Below, piece by piece: positions 16,262-24,000 of a stretch of 24,000 nucleotides of DNA. The stretch is taken from the NCBI GenBank assembly GCA_963794325.1, contig CAWCDG010000004.1, forward strand, positions 398,413 through 422,412. Reading direction: 5' to 3'. This stretch comes from an uncultured delta proteobacterium (lineage in GTDB: Bacteria; Desulfobacterota; Binatia; Binatales; Binataceae). The position numbers were made by a program, and so were the translations under genes. Under the pieces are notes generated by a model. That model had not been told where the DNA came from. It saw nothing but the letters and a program-made list of their open reading frames with translations, and did not search any database. Position 1 is the stretch's first letter. Each line of letters starts with the position of its first letter.

Positions 16262-18745
16262 GCTTCAGCTGATCGTCGGGCTCGTCATTCTGTGTACGGA
16301 GACCTCGGTTGCACTCGCATGCGCGTTCGTCTTCCCGTGGCAACTGCTCGACAACCGGGAAGAGACGCTCGATAAAATGCCGGTCGAGGAACACAGTTTT
16401 GCGTGGGCCGAGGCGCACGCTTTCCCCTCGTCCAAAGACAAACTGATCGCTGTAGACGAACGAAGACTCGGACGAACCGGAGGCGGTGACTCACGCGGAG
16501 GTCACCGGACTGTCTTCCGATCAGGCCGAGGTCGTGCGCCAAATGCGGCTGGAGACTACCGGCGATAGTGCATTCAATAGAGGCGCAATGCTGCCCGCGT
16601 CCGTTCGGCTCTATACGGCCGGCGCTGTCGATTTTCACAAGAAATGATTCGGCCAAAGCGATCAGACGATTCAAGGCGATCCTCGACCTGCCCGCGAGCG
16701 AGCGCCGCGACCGCGAGGTTTGGGCTGCCTACATGCTCGGCCGGCTTTACGGCCGCAAGGGAGAAATTGGGGAAGCGTCCAAGTCATTCGCATTGACGCG
16801 CGAGTTGGTGAACAACGGTGCGCCCGACCCGCTGGGCCTCGGCGTTGCGAGCTTCGGAGAGGAAGCTCGGCTTCATCTCAAGCGCGCGCAAGCCTTGCAA
16901 AAGGTCGAGAAGATGTCTGCGAAGCAGCGGAGAGAAAACGACCATGAAATCATCGCTGCGGTCAGGCTCTATGCCAAACAGGCTGCCCACGGCTCGACCA
17001 TTGGCATCGACTCGCTGCGGGAGGTGATAGATGAGGTGCTCGGTTACGATTCCGATGGCGCGATTTGCGATCCGATTGTTCAGCGGTTGTTGGTGACGCG
17101 AACGCTCAATGCCGATACTTTGCCTGACAGCGATCGCACCCCATCCACTTCCCAGATCTCGGGGCTGGTCAGGTCGGTACAGAAGTGCGGCTCCAGCAAT
17201 CTCATCGATGCCGACCGGTTGGCTGCCATCGCATATCGCGACGGTGACTACCAGCTCGCGCATACTCTCGCGACTCAGATGACGACCCCGCTCGCCATGT
17301 GGGTGCAGGCAAGACTGCAAATGCAAAAGGGAGACGTTGGCGAAGCCGCAAAATATTACGCGGCGGCATCAAAGGCGTTTCCGCCTTCCGGCGACGCGAG
17401 TGAAGCCGATCAACGGGCCCAGGCGCTGCTGGTCGGAGAGAATGGCGTCCTGACGCTGTCGCGCGGGGAATATGTCGACGCTCTAGAACAGCTCTATCCT
17501 TACGCGGCCACATTCTGGGGCGATGTCGCGTACATCGCGGAACGGGTGCTCACCGTCGATGAGCTCAAGACCTTCGTCGATACTCATAGGAACACGCAAT
17601 TCAACCCCTCCGTTTCGCTCGATAACCTAGCTCTGATTCCCGACAAACCGACAGACTCGACGCCTGGAGATAGCGAGAATGATAGCCATCCTGCTGATTG
17701 GTTGCCGAACCTTCTGGCGCGACGGCTCGTGCGCGCCGGACGCTATCGGGAAGCGTTGAATTATGTCCCGGCCCTCGAAGTGAAGTCTTCCACCGCGGCC
17801 GCGATTTCCAGTCCTGCGGCCATGCCAACAGTATCGGCCTCTACCACCGCCCCGTTTGCGGTTACAGTTGGGCAGACTCAGTTCATTCCAGAAAGCGTTG
17901 TAGCTACGAAGCCCAAGCGGCAAAAGCATTGGCATAAGCACCTGGTTCGCGAAAGTATTTTCGAAGTGCCGGAGGACGCAATCGCCGAATATATTCAAGG
18001 GTTGAATGACGCGAATACCGCTCGCTCCAATGTTGATCGCGCTCGAGGCTGGTACCGAGCCGCGATGTTGGCCGGCAATTTCAAAGCAGGCAATAAAATC
18101 ATGGGTACCGAGGGGGAGCCGGATTACTACATGCAACCGTATATTGGGGAGGGCACCGGCCAACGCGAGCTTCACGACGACGATCGATTCGTGACCGACG
18201 GTGAGCGCCGGCGCTTCAAGGCTAGCGCGCCGAAGCCGAATTTGCGCTATCACTACATATTCGTCGGCGCCGATGAGGCGATCCGCGCGGCCGCTTTGCT
18301 TCCTCCGCGATCGCAGGCATTCGCTGCGGTCTTGTGTCATGCAACTTCGTGGATGACCGACGGGGAATCGTGTCCTGCCAACGCCGCCGGCCTGCGCACG
18401 TCACCTACCGCGTACGCCTCGGAGGCGGCGGGCATAGCCAACCCGCTCACTGTGGACGCGTTGTGGCCTGACGAGAGTGCCGCCCGCATCAATCTCACTT
18501 GCCAGCTATATCAGCGGTACCTGAAAGAGGGCGCGGTCGTGCCTTTGGCGACGGATTTTGGACAGGATTGCCCCGAACCGGATTTCGCCAGCGCCGTTCA
18601 GTTTGTGCAGGTGCAGACAATCCGCGAAGCCCGCCGACAGAGTCGGATAGTCCGCCACCGCTGGATTGTTCTCGTAAAGCTTCTATTGGTCGCTCTATGC
18701 CTCGCCGCGAGCACCTGGTGGTTCTTGCGGCACCGCTACGTTTGA
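16248..18745 (+). CDS. Large envelope protein with TPR-like helical repeats, N-terminal signal and C-terminal TM anchor; two apparent +1 shifts near the 5' end
   Basis: ATG 16248: MRNIKLQLIVGLVILCTETSVALACAFVFPWQLLDNREETLDKM. Joined at about 16455 to EDSDEPEAVTHAEVTGLSSDQAEVVRQMRLETTGDSAFNRGAMLPASVRLYTAGAVDFHK, then at about 16643 to NDSAKAIRRFKAILDLPASERRDREVWAAYMLGRLYGRKGE... in track ORF 16568-18745. C-terminus RHRWIVLVKLLLVALCLAASTWWFLRHRYV. Confidence 0.7.
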
Positions 18746-18828
18746 AAATCTCAGCAATTCCGCGGGTGCAAACACTGGCGCGACCCTTAATCGTGCTTAG
18801 ATTTATCCCTGCGTATCGGTTTGAAAAA

Positions 18829-19447
18829 ATGAACAAGCGACACAAGCATCCTCAGGACGGAAATCCCGGTATGGATGGTGAATTCGACCCGGCCAACGCC
18901 GGGCCTGAGTCAGAGCAGGGCAGCGACGTCGGAATCGCTGCGGGCGCAGCTCGCCGAGAAAGACAAGGAAATCGCCGAGCTGAAGGACAAGTATCTTCGC
19001 ACGCTCGCCGAGTCGGAAAATGCGCGCAAGCGAATCCGCCAGCAGAGCGAGGAATCGATACGCATCCAGCGCGAGGCGATTCTCCGCGACCTGCTTCCGA
19101 TCATCGACAACCTCGAACGCGCGCTGGCGGCTGCTCGCAGTGGCACCGACGCCAAGACGATCGTCGATGGCGTCGAGATGACGGTGCGTGCGCTGATCGA
19201 TTTTCTCCGCGCACAAGGCGTCACGCCGCTGAATTCGGTCGGACAGTCGTTCGATCCAAATCGGCATGAGGCAGTCGATCACGTGGCGTCCGAGGCGCAT
19301 CCGCCGAACACGGTCGTCGATGAATTCCATCGCGGGTATCTGATTGGCGAGCGAGTTTTGCGGCCGGCGCGCGTATCGGTCGCGAAGGGAAATCGGAACC
19401 GATTCCGGAAAGCGAAACGGAGGCGAAACCGATTCCTCCGACGTTGA
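18829..19447 (+). CDS. grpE: Nucleotide exchange factor GrpE; N-terminal frame and C-terminal tail uncertain
   Basis: Core in frame 2: SESLRAQLAEKDKEIAELKDKYLRTLAESENARKRIRQQSEESIRIQREAILRDLLPIIDNLERAL...HEAVDHVASEAHPPNTVVDEFHRGYLIGERVLRPARVSVAK. Acidic N-terminus MNKRHKHPQDGNPGMDGEFDPANAGPESEQGSD is in frame 1 from 18829. An in-frame ATG at 18875 is the track start. Confidence 0.88.
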
Positions 19448-19506
19448 AAATAACTGAACCGTGGTTATCTGTATCTTAAGTTTTATATCAGGGGACCTCT
19501 AGAAAC

Positions 19507-21450
<1,944 letters not shown>

Positions 21451-21455
21451 CAATC

Positions 21456-21480
21456 GAAGGGGCCGCGCAAGCGGCCCTTC
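21456..21480 (+). terminator. GC-rich stem-loop between dnaK and dnaJ
   Basis: GAAGGGGCCGC-GCAA-GCGGCCCTTC with one bulged G and only a short T/C tail, so possibly attenuating or mRNA-processing rather than a full terminator. Confidence 0.55.
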
Positions 21481-21535
21481 TCGTATCGCCAGCGCAATGG
21501 CGTCCTCGCCGACGTTCGCATAGAATCTCTGCGCG

Positions 21536-22672
21536 ATGCCGTCTGCACAAAAACGCGATTACTACGAAGTCCTCGGCGTCAATCGCGGCGCCGGCGAAAC
21601 TGAGCTGAAGAAAGCCTACCGCACTCTCGCGATTCAGTTTCATCCCGATCGCAATCCCGGCAACAAGGATGCCGAGGAGCGCTTCAAGGAACTCAACGAG
21701 GCCTACCAGGTCCTGTCGGATCCTGAGCGGCGGGCACAGTACGATCGTTTTGGGCATGCGGCGTTCCAGGGACCGCAGGGTGGTCCGGGCGGCTTCGGCG
21801 GTTTCGATTTCAGCCAGGGCTTCGAGGAAGTCTTCTCCGATATTTTTGGCGATTTCTTCGGCACCGGCCGCGGGCGATCGCGTTCGCGCACCCGGCGCGG
21901 CGACGACCTGCGTTACGATCTCGAAATAGAATTCGAGGAAGCGGCGCGCGGAATCGAGAAGGTCGTAAAGTTCCAGCGCCTCACCCAGTGCGAAGCCTGC
22001 AACGGAACGCGAGCGCGCGGCGGCTCCAGTGGCGCACGCCAGTGCCCCAATTGCCGCGGCAGCGGCCAGGTCCGTACCCAGCAAGGATTTTTTTCGATCT
22101 CGACGACCTGCGGGCAATGCCGCGGCGAGGGCATGATCATCTCCGACCCATGCCCCAAGTGCCAGGGTCAGGGACGTATCCGCAAGGCTGAATCGCTGGC
22201 GGTGAAGATTCCGCCGGGCGTCGACAACGGCTCGCGTCTGAAGCTGCGCGGCGAAGGCGAAGCCGGCTACGGCGGCGGACCGCAAGGCGATCTCTACGTC
22301 GTCATCCACGTCAAGGAGCACGAGATGTTCGTGCGCCAGGACAACGACGTGATAATCGAGGCGCCGATCAGCTTCCCGCAGGCGGCGGTCGGCACCGAGA
22401 TCGAAGTACCGACGCTCGAAGGGAAAGTGAAGCTCAAGATTCCGCCGGGCACACAGTCGGGAAAGATCCTGCGCCTCAAGGGCAAGGGCATCGTCGATCT
22501 GCACGGCTACGGACGCGGCGATCAGCTGATCAAAGTGATCGTCGAGACGCCGCGGAGTCTGACCGCGCGCCAGCGCGAACTGCTCGAGGAATTCGCCAAG
22601 CTCGACGGCAAAGCCGTCAACCATCCGCTCTCCAAGGGCTTCGTGGACAAGCTCAAGGAGATGTTCGGCTAG
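21536..22672 (+). CDS. dnaJ: Chaperone protein DnaJ (Hsp40)
   Basis: [44 protein letters not shown] with HPD motif, and four CxxCxGxG-type zinc repeats ([33 protein letters not shown]). Confidence 0.98.
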   Translation: MPSAQKRDYYEVLGVNRGAGETELKKAYRTLAIQFHPDRNPGNKDAEERFKELNEAYQVLSDPERRAQYDRFGHAAFQGPQGGPGGFGGFDFSQGFEEVFSDIFGDFFGTGRGRSRSRTRRGDDLRYDLEIEFEEAARGIEKVVKFQRLTQCEACNGTRARGGSSGARQCPNCRGSGQVRTQQGFFSISTTCGQCRGEGMIISDPCPKCQGQGRIRKAESLAVKIPPGVDNGSRLKLRGEGEAGYGGGPQGDLYVVIHVKEHEMFVRQDNDVIIEAPISFPQAAVGTEIEVPTLEGKVKLKIPPGTQSGKILRLKGKGIVDLHGYGRGDQLIKVIVETPRSLTARQRELLEEFAKLDGKAVNHPLSKGFVDKLKEMFG

Positions 22673-22710
22673 CCTCCGTGTACCAACGCCATCCGGCGAA
22701 GGAGAAGCTC

Positions 22711-22920
22711 ATGGCCTGCAATTCGTGTGAAAGCAGCGGAAGATTCCGGGCGAGCTATTGCGACGATTGCGAGCGCTGGACTTTCCACGTCGACAAGCAC
22801 GACCTGCTGATCGCAGCCGGACTCATGGCAGTCGCCGCAGTGATAGTCCTTCAACCGGAGCTACTGTTTGCGCCCGCAGGCATCATGTTCGCGAAACGCG
22901 CAATCGGAGCGCTCGTGTAG
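22711..22920 (+). CDS. Small Cys4 (zinc-ribbon-like) single-TM protein, 69 aa
   Basis: MACNSCESSGRFRASYCDDCERWTFHVDKHD followed by hydrophobic LLIAAGLMAVAAVIVLQPELLFAPAGIMF. GAAGGAG ribosome-binding-like site just upstream of ATG 22711. Confidence 0.65.
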   Translation: MACNSCESSGRFRASYCDDCERWTFHVDKHDLLIAAGLMAVAAVIVLQPELLFAPAGIMFAKRAIGALV

Positions 22921-22935
22921 GCAATTCCGCGCCGC

Positions 22936-23346
22936 TCAGCGCGGGACGTGCACCAACTCCAGCTTCAGTCCGTCGGGATCGGTGAAAAACACCGCGTAGT
23001 ATCCCGGCAGGTAGTCATACTCCTTCGGCGGATCGGTGACCTTGCCGCCGTTCGAAGAAATTTTTTCACTCAGCTGGTCTATCTGCTGACGACTCTCTGC
23101 AGCGAACGCGACCTCGCACAGTCCGACGCGATGGCGATGGAACTTGTCGGCGCGAAATTCCGGATCTGAAGGCCGAATCCATAGCGAGCCGTGATCCCCG
23201 AAATAGCCAGTGGTGACATCGGTATTCGGCTGATCGTAGGACATCGCCTTCGGATAGCCGATTTGCGGCATCAGCCACGAGTAGAACTTTTTCGCGGCCG
23301 CATAGTCGTTGACGTTGACGATGATATGGTCGACTCCCGCGCGCAT
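22936..23346 (-). CDS. VOC-family (glyoxalase/bleomycin resistance-fold) protein
   Basis: VDHIIVNVNDYAAAKKFYSWLMPQIGYPKAM...HRHRVGLCEVAFAAESRQQIDQL...YAVFFTDPDGLKLELVHVP. Confidence 0.92.
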   Translation of the reverse strand: MRAGVDHIIVNVNDYAAAKKFYSWLMPQIGYPKAMSYDQPNTDVTTGYFGDHGSLWIRPSDPEFRADKFHRHRVGLCEVAFAAESRQQIDQLSEKISSNGGKVTDPPKEYDYLPGYYAVFFTDPDGLKLELVHVPR

Positions 23347-23367
23347 AACGACACCTCCGTGCAGTAA

Positions 23368-24000
23368 CTAACTTTGTACGCGGCCCAGCGCGTCGAACAA
23401 AGCTGCGCGCATCACGCCCGCCGGCGGCGCAACCCGATTGAAGAGCTTGAACGCGAGCTCGCCCTGATTCACCAGCATCCCGGCGCCGTCAGCCGCGCGC
23501 CGTCCAGCGGCCAGGGCGGGCTTGATGAACTCGGTCGGCTGAGCCGAATAGATCAGATCATAGAATAAGCAATCATCCGGAGTTGAACTGTAGTCGAGGC
23601 GCGCGAATCGCCCAGTAGTCAGACCCATCGAAGTCGCGTTGACGATCAATCGCGCCTCGGCCAGCAGATCCGAATCAACCAGCGCGTCGAGCCCGCGAGG
23701 CTCGCCCGATGTGCGCGCGCCCTTCGCAGCAAATCGGCGCGCGAGCGATGCTGCGCGCGACGGCGTGCGATTCGCGATCACCACCCGGCTCGCGCCCAGC
23801 CGGATGCATGCGAGAACCGATGATGCTGCGCCGCCACCCGCGCCGATCACGATGGCGAGGCGTCCACGCAGCTCGCATCCGAGATCGCGCAAATCGCGCT
23901 CGAGGCCGCGCGCGTCAGTATTGTCGCCGCGGAGCACGCCGCGCCGATTGACGACGCAATTGACCGCGCCCAGCATGCGCGCCTCTCCAGTGAGATCCTT
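23368..24000 (-). CDS. aroE: Shikimate dehydrogenase, 5' end outside window
   Basis: Open to the window edge (KDLTGEARMLGAVNCVVNRRGVLRGDNTDARGLERDL...AIVIGAGGGAASSVLACIRLGASRVVIANRT...LIVNATSMGL...YDLIYSAQPTEFIKPALAAGRRAADGAGMLVNQGELAFKLF). Confidence 0.93.
   Translation of the reverse strand, partial: KDLTGEARMLGAVNCVVNRRGVLRGDNTDARGLERDLRDLGCELRGRLAIVIGAGGGAASSVLACIRLGASRVVIANRTPSRAASLARRFAAKGARTSGEPRGLDALVDSDLLAEARLIVNATSMGLTTGRFARLDYSSTPDDCLFYDLIYSAQPTEFIKPALAAGRRAADGAGMLVNQGELAFKLFNRVAPPAGVMRAALFDALGRVQS

Noticed and set aside
18499-18828. 5' part of track ORF 18499-19269
   Set aside because: Overlaps the supported C-terminus of the TPR-like protein in another frame. Only the part from 18829 looks GrpE-like.
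19444-19506. Heat-shock sigma-factor promoter before dnaK (TTGAAA...)
   Set aside because: TTGAAA is present at 19444 but there is no convincing CCCCAT-type -10 at the right spacing.

Overview
This is a GC-rich, gene-dense bacterial chromosomal window. I see no rRNA, tRNA, CRISPR array or recognisable transposase. It is mostly housekeeping and conserved genes: a partial D-aminoacylase-type amidohydrolase, a secreted HEAT-repeat protein divergent from a DUF3108-like protein, a DsbA/HCCA-isomerase-like protein, thpR-recA, a DUF445 protein, an MFS (GPH-type) transporter, a lipoprotein, a TetR regulator with a ferritin-like di-iron protein, GNAT + VWA, hrcA, a two-gene envelope cassette (DUF3142-like protein plus a large membrane-anchored TPR-like protein), grpE, dnaK, dnaJ, a small Cys4 membrane protein, a VOC protein and a partial aroE. 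Main items for follow-up: (1) a roughly 210-bp near-symmetrical, hairpin-rich intergenic element after recA (5752-5963), with a truncated, divergent second copy in the opposite orientation after hrcA (14718-about 14846); (2) a two-gene DUF3142 / TPR-like cassette between hrcA and grpE whose reading frames can only be reconstructed by joining frames, with several apparent single-base shifts clustered between about 15.8 and 18.9 kb; (3) AT-rich palindromes and a leaderless-type promoter candidate in front of the tetR/di-iron pair; (4) a translationally coupled VWA-GNAT pair with no MoxR/RavA-type ATPase next to it; (5) a Cys4 small membrane protein directly downstream of dnaJ. I see no convincing new defence or mobile system. 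All family calls are from my recognition of motifs and were not database-checked.
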